Shown here piece after piece: positions 1 to 7,791 of a stretch of 64,000 nt of DNA (position 1 is the first letter of the stretch; every line of letters begins with the position of its first letter). The translations under genes were made by a program, and so were the position numbers. The notes beneath the pieces are model-generated. The model did not search any database and had not been told where the DNA came from. It saw nothing but the letters and a program-made list of their open reading frames with translations. The stretch is from Gammaproteobacteria bacterium (GTDB lineage Bacteria; Pseudomonadota; Gammaproteobacteria; Steroidobacterales; SZUA-146): NCBI GenBank assembly GCA_045107075.1, contig JBGCFV010000018.1:15139-79138 (forward strand), given 5' to 3'.

Positions 1-224
1 GGGTCACGTGTCCGTTCAACATTGACTGTGGCAGGTACATCAAAGGAAGCGGCGCCGGCGTCGTTAATGTTCTGAAGGGCCTGACTAATAAGTTGGGCGA
101 TCTCGTTCTTCACAGCGAATTACTCTGGTTAATTGGGCGCCAAGTTTACCTGAAGCGACGCTCCGGTTGTACGCGAAATGGACTGATTTATGAGGATGTG
201 TACTGAAGGGTATCGACACACCTG

Positions 225-386
225 GACCTTCGGGCCAAGAATAGCGCTTACTCCAAGGACACTTCCGGGCTTGACGCTTTGGGCCGAGTAGAGTGCGTAT
301 CGTGGGAGCGGCTTCCGGCCGCGATAAAATACGCGGTGATGCATAAAACTGGAGCAACTTTTCGCGTCTGGAAGCCGCTCCCGCAC
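225..386. repeat. REP-like family A block: a partial unit, one full unit (273-334), and an inverted partner (GGGAGCGGCTTCC 304-316 / GGAAGCCGCTCCC 370-382)
   Basis: The stretch GCTTTGGGCCGAGTAGAGTGCGTATCGTGGGAGCGGCTTCCGGCCGCGAT recurs at 4582, 24524 and 34943. A 13-bp perfect inverted match lies within the block. It sits just downstream of priA on the minus strand. Confidence 0.75.
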
Positions 387-407
387 GCTGGACCAGCATT
401 TTCAGGT

Positions 408-2621
408 TTAGAACAGTTCCTGAGGGTCGACGTCGAGCGACCAGCGAACGCCCTGAACCGGCGGCGATTCGTACAAAAAGCGGCTCAGCCCGCTCAATAC
501 ATGGTTCATGGCTCCGCGTTGACGGGCCTGAATGAGCAGCTGCCCGTGAATCTTGCCTCCGCGGCGTGCCATGGGCGCGGTTACCGGACCATACAGTTCG
601 ATGCCCAGTCGTTTGGCCTCGTCACGAACGTAGTGGTGGGCGGCACGCAGAAAATCCATGGTGGGCTGCTGACTTTTACTGTGAGCGCGTACCAGTGCCA
701 GATAGCTGAATGGCGGCCATTGAGTTACTTTTCGCTCCTCCAACGCCGCGGTGGCAAAGGCCTCGTAGCCCTCGTGTACGAGATGTTGCAAAAGCGGGTG
801 GTCAGGCATGGATGTCTGGATGAGCACATGTCCCGGCTTTTGTGCGCGTCCTGCGCGTCCCGATACCTGCACAATTAGCTGGGCCAGTTTTTCTGTGCTG
901 CGAAAATCAACGCCAAACAAGCCTTGGTCTGCGTTCAATATAACCACCAACGTGACGTTGGGAAAGTGGTGGCCTTTGGCGAGCATTTGGGTGCCAATGA
1001 GCACTTTCACTTCGCCACTGTTCACTTTGTCGAGAAAGGCTTCAAGCTGCGGGCGTGATCGCACGACGTCTCTGTCCATGCGCGCCACCGGGTAACCGGG
1101 GAACAGCCCGGCAACGTGTTCTTCAATGCGTTCGGTGCCTTGTCCGACAGGTTTGAGTTCGGATTCGCAGCTCGGACATTCGTTGGGCACGGGTTGTAAT
1201 CTGGCGCAGTGGTGGCAACGGAGCGAGTGACTGTCCTGATGATAGGTCAGGTGAGCGTCGCAATCTGGGCAGTCGGCTATCCACGCACATTCGTTGCAGT
1301 ACCAGGCCGGAGAGTAGCCCCGGCGGTTGAGAAAAAACAGCACTTGACCGCCGGCCTTCAAGTGCGCGTCAGCCATCGTGACCGCACGGGTACTTAGGCC
1401 CTGATGACTGGGCTCGGTACTCAAGTCAATCAGGTCCACTTGCGGCGGATTTGCGTTGCCGGCTCTGACTGTCAGCCGAAGTAATTCGTAGCGTTTTTCG
1501 TGTACGTTATGCAGCGACTCGAGTGAGGGTGTGGCAGAACCCAGCACAATAGGAATGTCGCACATTCGGGCCCTGACAACTGCGAGGTCTCTGGCCGAAT
1601 AGCGAAACCCTTCGTGTTGTTTCAAAGAACCGTCGTGCTCTTCGTCAATAACAATTAGGCCGGGGTTGGTTAGTGGTACAAATACCGCCGAACGGGTGCC
1701 GATAATAATGCGTGCCTGACCTTCGCGGATAGCCCGCCAGTTGTTGAGCCGCTCGGTATCGGTCAGCGCAGAATGCATGAGGGCTATGGGCGCATCGAAA
1801 CGCCGTTGAAAGCGCGCGAGTAGTTGAGGCGTGAGGCTTATTTCCGGCACAAGCACAAGGACCTGTTTGCCTCTGGCAAGGGTATGAGCAATGTGGTGGA
1901 AATAAACTTCGGTTTTGCCGCTGCCGGTAACGCCATGCAGCAGGGTGCAGCAAAAATCGTCTTGTTGACAAAGAGCCGTCACGGCTATTTGTTGTTCAGG
2001 GTTTAATTCGTGTGGTGATTCAACTATGTCGCTCGTGTCCAGTACGCTCTTCAAGCGTCGAATTTTTGTGTCAATCCAGCCGCGCTCGCCAAGTGCTCGA
2101 AGTGCAGCGCGCGAATCGAAGGGTAATGCGTTTAACTCCTCCCGATTCATACCGTCGGCGTTAGCTGCCAAAACTTGCCACAGTTCGGCCTGTCTGGGAG
2201 CCCGTTTAAGGAGGGACTCTGCCTCCGCCGGCGCGTTTGCAGAACACAGCCACACAGTCTCGTCACCTGAAAGAGGCGCACCGTCTCGTAGCTTGCGTGG
2301 CAGTGCCGCAGCAATGACCTCGCCTATGGGGTGCTGGTAGTAGTCGGTGGCCCAGTTCAGCAGCCTGATCTGTTCCTCATCGAGGCAGGGTTGCTCGTCG
2401 AGCACCGAGTACGCGCGTTTGAGTTTGGACGCGGGCACATCGCTTTGGTCCTGTCGGGCAACGACAACGCCCACTTTTCGACTGCGCCCAAACGGCACTT
2501 CGACCCGAGCACCCGGATAGATTTCGTCGATGCTCACATCTTCCGGTGGGAAATAGTCGAAAATCTGGCGTAACGGTACGGCCAAGGCAACTTGCATAAC
2601 CGCTCTTGAGCCCATAGTCAC
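408..2621 (-). CDS. priA: Primosomal protein N' (replication-restart helicase PriA)
   Basis: 737-aa ORF with Walker A GVTGSGKTEVY and a DEEH box (VIDEEHD). A Cys-rich zinc insert (CNECAWIADCPDCDAHLTYH..CHHCARLQPVPNECPSC) is characteristic of PriA. Confidence 0.95.
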   Translation of the reverse strand: MTMGSRAVMQVALAVPLRQIFDYFPPEDVSIDEIYPGARVEVPFGRSRKVGVVVARQDQSDVPASKLKRAYSVLDEQPCLDEEQIRLLNWATDYYQHPIGEVIAAALPRKLRDGAPLSGDETVWLCSANAPAEAESLLKRAPRQAELWQVLAANADGMNREELNALPFDSRAALRALGERGWIDTKIRRLKSVLDTSDIVESPHELNPEQQIAVTALCQQDDFCCTLLHGVTGSGKTEVYFHHIAHTLARGKQVLVLVPEISLTPQLLARFQRRFDAPIALMHSALTDTERLNNWRAIREGQARIIIGTRSAVFVPLTNPGLIVIDEEHDGSLKQHEGFRYSARDLAVVRARMCDIPIVLGSATPSLESLHNVHEKRYELLRLTVRAGNANPPQVDLIDLSTEPSHQGLSTRAVTMADAHLKAGGQVLFFLNRRGYSPAWYCNECAWIADCPDCDAHLTYHQDSHSLRCHHCARLQPVPNECPSCESELKPVGQGTERIEEHVAGLFPGYPVARMDRDVVRSRPQLEAFLDKVNSGEVKVLIGTQMLAKGHHFPNVTLVVILNADQGLFGVDFRSTEKLAQLIVQVSGRAGRAQKPGHVLIQTSMPDHPLLQHLVHEGYEAFATAALEERKVTQWPPFSYLALVRAHSKSQQPTMDFLRAAHHYVRDEAKRLGIELYGPVTAPMARRGGKIHGQLLIQARQRGAMNHVLSGLSRFLYESPPVQGVRWSLDVDPQELF

Positions 2622-2652
2622 AGACTCGCTTTAAGCCAGGCACACGGAGGTG

Positions 2653-2693
2653 TTATCCACATGTGTATAAATTGTGGAAAACTTTGTGGATAA
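2653..2693. promoter_or_regulatory. Cluster of three DnaA boxes
   Basis: TTATCCACA at 2653-2661 (9/9). TGTGGAAAA at 2673-2681 (reverse TTTTCCACA, 8/9). TGTGGATAA at 2685-2693 (reverse TTATCCACA, 9/9). Spacers are 11 and 3 bp. The cluster starts about 30 bp upstream of the priA start codon. Confidence 0.7.
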
Positions 2694-2891
2694 CCTGAGT
2701 GTGTATGGTTGGTATCTGGCACAGTATTGTATAGATTAAATTAAAAAGCTTTATTTACAATTAGATAGGGTGGTTTCAGCGGTAGTGCCGAACGCTTGTT
2801 CAGCCCCGTGCAGTAGTAGAAAAGCACCGTTCGTAAGTGCCAGCGCCACTTTAACGCAACTGGCCCCCCCGTTCAGAGATTAATGGTAACC

Positions 2892-3035
2892 AATGGGGTC
2901 AGGGTACATTTTTTGATAATCGCGGATACGTATTTGGGGTCAGAGTATATGGGGTCAGAGTACTTTTTAAGATGGTCCGGCGGGCTCCGACTATTTTGAA
3001 ATGTACTCTGACCTCATTTTCGACCCCATTTTCGG
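2892..3035. repeat. GGGGTCAGAGTAC repeat cluster (three direct units plus one inverted composite unit)
   Basis: AATGGGGTCAGGGTACATTTT at 2892, GGGGTCAGAGTATAT at 2936, GGGGTCAGAGTACTTTTT at 2951. The inverted unit AAATGTACTCTGACC..CGACCCCATTTT lies at 2998-3032. The cluster sits immediately 3' of the SDR gene. Confidence 0.8.
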
Positions 3036-3040
3036 GGTGG

Positions 3041-3742
3041 TTACACTGACCGCGTCATACCGCCGTCAACTCGCAGGTTCTGGCCTGTTATGTACGCACC
3101 GCCTTCGGATGCCAGAAACGAGATGGTGGCGGCGATTTCTTCGGTTTTTCCATAGCGACCCAGAGGTACACGAGAACGAAACTCTTCCTTCTCTGGAAGA
3201 CTGTCTATGAATCCCGGGAGCACATTGTTCATGCGGATGTTGTCTTTGGCGTAGAAATCAGCGAATAACTTGGTGTATGCCGCAAGGCCTGCACGGAAAA
3301 CACCGGAGGTTGGAAACACGGGGTCGGGTTCAAAGGCTGCGAAGGTGGATATATTTACAATGGATCCGCTTTGTTGTTCTTTCATGATCGGAGCAACGAG
3401 GCGAGTCGGACGCACGACGTTCATGAAGTACACATCCATGCCTGTGTGCCAGTCTTCGTCAGTCAGTTCCAGCACGGCTGCACGAGGTCCGTGACCCGCA
3501 CTGTTAACCAAAACGTCAACGCGGCCCCAGCGTGACATGGTTTTATCAACAAGCGTGGCAAGGTCTTCATTGGATTGATTTGAACCTGTAACACCGAGGC
3601 CTCCCAATTCTTCGGCAAGCTGCTCTCCTTTGCCGGATGACGAAAGTATCGCGACTTCGAAACCGTCAGCGGCTAATCGGCGCGCGGCTCCTGCGCCCAT
3701 GCCGCTACCAGCGGCGGTCAGAATCGCTACTCTTTTACTCAT
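3041..3742 (-). CDS. Short-chain dehydrogenase/reductase (SDR) family oxidoreductase
   Basis: 233 aa. N-terminal Rossmann motif TAAGSGMGAGAARRL, NSAG motif, and a C-terminal ITGQNLRVDGG typical of SDRs. Confidence 0.85.
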   Translation of the reverse strand: MSKRVAILTAAGSGMGAGAARRLAADGFEVAILSSSGKGEQLAEELGGLGVTGSNQSNEDLATLVDKTMSRWGRVDVLVNSAGHGPRAAVLELTDEDWHTGMDVYFMNVVRPTRLVAPIMKEQQSGSIVNISTFAAFEPDPVFPTSGVFRAGLAAYTKLFADFYAKDNIRMNNVLPGFIDSLPEKEEFRSRVPLGRYGKTEEIAATISFLASEGGAYITGQNLRVDGGMTRSV

Positions 3743-3889
3743 GTGTCCACTCCAAAAATTAGTCGATTCATGCTACCGCGCAACGTCCATCTGGACACAC
3801 AACTTTTTGTCATGCGTTTGCATTTATGGCCTGTTTCTGGAATAACTAAACGTAGTCTTTTTGAAAGACATAGAGGATCGCGTAACGCT

Positions 3890-4495
3890 ATGGATATTAA
3901 TCAACAGGTTCTACGCACCGACCTGGCAGGCATGCCCCTTGAATGGGTTAGCTACAAAGATGCGGGCAGGCTCTATCACCTTGAGCAGGTCGCTTACGCC
4001 TGCGGTACTCCCTTGTACACTCTTCACGGCGGCATTAACGCTAAAACAGGCGTTCGCAGCATCATTGAAGTGAACTCTATTATCGCGACAAACGGTGATG
4101 GTCCCGGCATGTGTAACAAACGCTACGACTACAAGCCACCGCTCAACAATCAAACACTGTTTCGACGTGACGATAATCTGTGTATGTACTGTGGCAACCG
4201 GTTTTTATCCAATGCGTTATCACGTGATCATATTACGCCCATCAGCCAGGGCGGTGACGACATTTGGGAAAACGTTATTACGGCTTGTAGACGCTGTAAC
4301 AATCACAAAGCGGGGCGCACGCCTGCTCAAGCCAATATGGAGCTGCTGGCCATTCCCTTCGCACCAACCTACGCCGAGTATATCTATCTTAAGAGTCGTC
4401 GCGTTCTAGCCGACCAAATGGAATATCTGCTCGCCCATTTCCCACGGCGCAGCCCGTTACATGCGCGCCTGTGCGGTGAGTTGGCGCGGCATTGA
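3890..4495 (+). CDS. McrA-like zinc-finger HNH endonuclease
   Basis: CMYCGN..DHITPISQGGDDIWENVITACRRCNNHKAG (CxxC..H..N..CxxC-N-H). I prefer the ATG at 3890 (MDINQQ) over the GTG at 3743, which abuts the divergent SDR start. Confidence 0.75.
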   Translation: MDINQQVLRTDLAGMPLEWVSYKDAGRLYHLEQVAYACGTPLYTLHGGINAKTGVRSIIEVNSIIATNGDGPGMCNKRYDYKPPLNNQTLFRRDDNLCMYCGNRFLSNALSRDHITPISQGGDDIWENVITACRRCNNHKAGRTPAQANMELLAIPFAPTYAEYIYLKSRRVLADQMEYLLAHFPRRSPLHARLCGELARH

Positions 4496-4581
4496 GGGAC
4501 TGCAAAGCGTTCAGCAATTGCGTTTCAGGGTGTAAGACTGTTGCGAAGCTGCGCACACTCAGTGCTAGTCACTAAAGCTTG

Positions 4582-4637
4582 GTGCTTTGGGTCAAGTTGA
4601 GTATGCGGGCGCGGTAACTTGCCGCGATAAAACACGC
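4582..4637. repeat. REP-like family A, diverged copy
   Basis: GTGCTTTGGGTCAAGTTGAGTATGCGGGCGCGGTAACTTGCCGCGATAAAACACGC aligns by eye to the unit at 273-334. Confidence 0.5.
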
Positions 4638-4781
4638 GACGTCCTATAAGCTGAGATGATTCTTCACGGCACGATGCCAATGCGGCTTCCACTTGGAATT
4701 ATTTGTGTTTAAAAGCTCTGTTTAGCACCCATCTTCGTTAATCTATTATCATGACGTTCCACAACGACAGGGAGTAGTGTT

Positions 4782-5657
4782 TTGTTGTATCTAATCGATG
4801 CGAGCATTTACGTGTTTCGCGCTTACTACTCAATGCCGGACTCCATTACCGATCCGCAGGGGAACCCGGTTCACGCGGTATACGGTTTTGTTAATTTCCT
4901 GTGTGATTTTGCCAGAAGAACGCAAGCGCAATACGTTGGTGTCGCTTTTGATATTAGCCTGACCAGTTCGTTTCGTAACGACATTTATCCAGCTTACAAA
5001 GCTAACCGAGAGCCGGCTCCTGACGAGTTAAAACGGCAGTTTTCATACTGTCGGGAAATAGCAAAAGAAATGGGCTTCCCCTGTTTTGCCGACAGTACGT
5101 GCGAAGCTGACGATATTATTGGTACGTTGGCGACCAAGTGGCGAAACGACAATACCGGCGTTACCGTTGTAACCCGCGACAAAGATTTACTGCAGTTAGT
5201 GGGGCCTGACGATCGTTACTGGGATTTTGCTAACGACCGCACGCTTGAATACGGTGACGTATTCGGTGAGTTCGGCGTGCAGCCCGAACAGATCGCTGAT
5301 TACCTCGCGTTAATGGGCGATGCGGTAGATAACATTAAGGGCGTTCCAGGTATTGGTGCCAAGACGGCTGCAAAGCTGCTCGAAGCGTACGCTTCGCTGG
5401 ATGACATTTATCGGCATCTTGATGACTTGCACAAGGTTAACGTTCGTGGTGCCAAAACGTTGGCTAACAAGTTAATAGAGCACAGAGAAGCGGCCTACGT
5501 TGCACAGAAGCTTACTCAAATTAAATGCGATATGCCGTTGAACGCTGATAGAAAAGAGCTTCAGCGCAAGCCACCGAATATGCCGGCCATTGAGAGCTTA
5601 TTTGACGAACTTGGGTTTTCGGATTCGCTCAGGAAAAAAACAGCCAACCTGGCTTAA
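4782..5657 (+). CDS. 5'-3' exonuclease / flap endonuclease (Xni/ExoIX- or PolA-N-terminal-like)
   Basis: 291 aa. PIN-like N-terminus (LYLIDASIYVFRAYY, EADDIIGTL, VVTRDKDLLQLV) and an H3TH motif (GDAVDNIKGVPGIGAKTAAKLL). TTG start with GGAG 7 nt upstream. Confidence 0.85.
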   Translation: MLYLIDASIYVFRAYYSMPDSITDPQGNPVHAVYGFVNFLCDFARRTQAQYVGVAFDISLTSSFRNDIYPAYKANREPAPDELKRQFSYCREIAKEMGFPCFADSTCEADDIIGTLATKWRNDNTGVTVVTRDKDLLQLVGPDDRYWDFANDRTLEYGDVFGEFGVQPEQIADYLALMGDAVDNIKGVPGIGAKTAAKLLEAYASLDDIYRHLDDLHKVNVRGAKTLANKLIEHREAAYVAQKLTQIKCDMPLNADRKELQRKPPNMPAIESLFDELGFSDSLRKKTANLA

Positions 5658-5701
5658 CGTGCCCTGGCCGGTCTTGCGAGCAAAGAGATACAAGGGATCA
5701 T

Positions 5702-6250
5702 CTAGTCGCTCCGCGGCTGTTGTGGAACGCGTCTCACCAGGCTGGTGTCATACCCTTCATCACCGGCCATTTTCAGCAAACGATCATACGTCGCGTCATC
5801 CATTTGCGGGTCGCGAGACATGATCCAAACATAGTCGCGTTTGTTACGACCGATGATGGTGTGCTGGTAGTCGTGGTCAATATAGACTATTCGGTAGTCG
5901 GCTTTTATTGGCCAGATGAAGCGCATACCCCACACGGCGTTAGAGGGGTCGTCGTATATAAATCCAGTGGGATTGTACGTTTTTAACTCTCCGTCAAAAC
6001 CGCCCTTGTTAAACGTGAACGTTGTTGCGACCACTCCTGGTTCCGCGAGTGTGTAGCTTTCAACTGCGTTGTACGCTTCTTTTTCAATAAACGTTGGAAG
6101 GTTGCCAATCACGTACCAGTCGCCCATGAAGCGGTCGATGTCTACATATGTGGCAGTTGTAATAGGTGGCATTGAAGGTCCTCCGGCGCAGCCGGCCATG
6201 CTCAAGACCAGCGCAATAACGCCAGGATGTCGTAATGATGCGTGACTCAT
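5702..6250 (-). CDS. Outer-membrane lipocalin (Blc-like) lipoprotein
   Basis: Lipoprotein signal VLSMAGC. The lipocalin signature DIDRFMGDWYVIG and the C-terminal DYVWIMSRDP resemble bacterial Blc. I chose the start at MSHASL (ATG 6250). Confidence 0.8.
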   Translation of the reverse strand: MSHASLRHPGVIALVLSMAGCAGGPSMPPITTATYVDIDRFMGDWYVIGNLPTFIEKEAYNAVESYTLAEPGVVATTFTFNKGGFDGELKTYNPTGFIYDDPSNAVWGMRFIWPIKADYRIVYIDHDYQHTIIGRNKRDYVWIMSRDPQMDDATYDRLLKMAGDEGYDTSLVRRVPQQPRSD

Positions 6251-6282
6251 AAACAGTCCATTCAACTGGTGTTCGTCGTCGA

Positions 6283-7047
6283 TTAATTGCCGGTAGATGC
6301 TACTGAATCCGACCCGAGGTTTGCCGCATTGGTGCGCTCGTAACGCAACGTGCGGTCGCCTTTTGCAAGGCTCTCTAAAGCAAGCCATTCTGTACCTGAG
6401 CTGTCGTACCACAGCGTTATATCAACCGGCTTGCCTTCGTAGTCAGGGGTGCTTCTCAGATTATATTTGACAGCGTCAGTTTGGTTCTCACCGAGAGTCA
6501 ACGTGTCTGGACCAAGCGACACCACCTCAACGTCTACATAGTCGCCAGTCTGTGAATTGAGCAGCTTTGTCGCGTCCAGGATGCTGGGGTTCCAGTAAGC
6601 GAACGTTTGAACGCAGCCGTTCATGCGTTGATCGCCGGCGCTGCTTTCAATTGTAAGCACGTCGTCAACGAGCTCGCCCTGTACCTGCTGACGCTTGCCG
6701 TTGCTACTGGTTTTTGACTCAATTCCGGCGACGCAGTTTTCTTCCCAGCGTTCCACGCTTGAGTGCCGGTATTTGAACGCCGTGATAAACAGCACTTTGA
6801 CGTCGAACTGAGCTTCGCTTTCGACCTTCTTCCCGGCGTCGCTGCGGTTCACGTCAAACTGGTGGTAGCCGATGGGCTTTTCGTCAAGAAAAACACGAAA
6901 GTTGTAGCGGCTAGAGAGGTCGTCACGGTCTGTGACCGCGTCGGTTCTCGAGTTCGCACTCTGGTCTGTGACGGGGGCAGCGCTGGCACCGAGCGCGCAG
7001 CAGGTGACCGACATTGCAAGAAAGAATTTGTGAATACAGTTATTCAT
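6283..7047 (-). CDS. Secreted beta-rich protein of unknown function (DUF6134/DUF3108-like by eye)
   Basis: Start at MNNCIHKFF with signal peptide ..CALGASA|AP. No catalytic motif recognised. Co-directional with the lipocalin and the upstream membrane protein. Confidence 0.6.
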   Translation of the reverse strand: MNNCIHKFFLAMSVTCCALGASAAPVTDQSANSRTDAVTDRDDLSSRYNFRVFLDEKPIGYHQFDVNRSDAGKKVESEAQFDVKVLFITAFKYRHSSVERWEENCVAGIESKTSSNGKRQQVQGELVDDVLTIESSAGDQRMNGCVQTFAYWNPSILDATKLLNSQTGDYVDVEVVSLGPDTLTLGENQTDAVKYNLRSTPDYEGKPVDITLWYDSSGTEWLALESLAKGDRTLRYERTNAANLGSDSVASTGN

Positions 7048-7070
7048 AAGTTGCGAGCTCCTGTTGTTGA

Positions 7071-7661
7071 TCAACGTGCGGAGATTGAGGCTTCGCCAAG
7101 CATGTCGTTTTCTGAAGACTGGTTCTGCATTAGTGAGGGCTCGGCAGTGGCATGCCCGTTCAGGTTTCGTGCCAGAACGACCAGCAGCGGCATCAGTACG
7201 GCCCATCCGAGGCCTACGGCGAGAAGTGAGTTGACCGGGTGACCAAATTCCACGGCCCCGGCTCTCTGACCGGCCGCGAAGGCCAACGGTCCACCAATGG
7301 CGCCCAAAAGGGTCGCAACAACGAGCCGACCTTTAAGCCACTTAAAGCCAACGTTTAAGGTGGTTGCGAAGAGTACCCAAAGGGCGACGATCCAGTACGG
7401 GGCAATATTGCCGGTGTGGCCGCTAACGCTGTAGTCGAGCCAGCCGCTGAAGACCATAAATGATTCCCAAGCGAGTCCGAGCAGGGCAGCGGAAACCAGT
7501 AGTAAAACCGTTTTGGATTTTGTGTGAGCGCTTGCAATGTGGATCACACAGGCTACTGCAACGGCTACAACGCCGATCCAGGGCTGTCCGGAGGCGGCGC
7601 CCAGTACGCAGGCAACCCAGCCGATCTTGTACATTGTGAGATTGGTGACTACGTCTTTCAT
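7071..7661 (-). CDS. Polytopic inner-membrane protein (DUF2878-like)
   Basis: 196 aa with about 6 hydrophobic helices (KIGWVACVLGAASGQPWIGVV..). The family name is from memory of the lipocalin/CFA-synthase neighbourhood. Confidence 0.6.
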   Translation of the reverse strand: MKDVVTNLTMYKIGWVACVLGAASGQPWIGVVAVAVACVIHIASAHTKSKTVLLLVSAALLGLAWESFMVFSGWLDYSVSGHTGNIAPYWIVALWVLFATTLNVGFKWLKGRLVVATLLGAIGGPLAFAAGQRAGAVEFGHPVNSLLAVGLGWAVLMPLLVVLARNLNGHATAEPSLMQNQSSENDMLGEASISAR

Positions 7662-7791
7662 CGCTTGCGCCTCTTCCTGATCTTATCGACAGGCTAGCAA
7701 GCTCGATGTGAAATGGCGGTGTTTCGGTGGTGAGGGGCCAGTGAAACAAAGAACTAATAAAAATCAGTGCATTACGTCAAATTAGAACGGG

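Noticed and set aside
3-206. Open frame running in from the left edge on the plus strand (..NIDCGRYIKGSGAGVVNVLKGLTNKLGD..*), possibly the 3' end of a truncated gene.
   Set aside because: I recognise no motif, the last third has poor codon character, and it ends right at a REP-A block. There is not enough evidence to call it a CDS.
279-878. 199-aa plus-strand ORF, with similar long antisense ORFs at 62460..63026, 26652..27113, 30018..30416, 13026..13499 and 38382..38744.
   Set aside because: All lie antisense to, or out of frame with, genes that have strong motif support (priA, rsmD, DUF4184, norM-like, gldG-like, DUF3108). They are typical shadow ORFs of GC-rich coding DNA and have no motifs of their own.
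2640-3040. Possible chromosomal replication origin (DnaA boxes plus an AT-rich tract plus repeats).
   Set aside because: Only three boxes are present. There are no 13-mer DUE-type repeats and no GATC clustering. None of the usual oriC neighbours (dnaA, dnaN, rpmH, gidA, mioC) is nearby. A regulatory or DnaA-cycling site is more plausible.
3743-3889. GTG start at 3743 for the HNH gene (the 250-aa version in the ORF track).
   Set aside because: It would leave no promoter space next to the divergent SDR start at 3742. The extra 49 aa are low-quality sequence, so I prefer the ATG at 3890.
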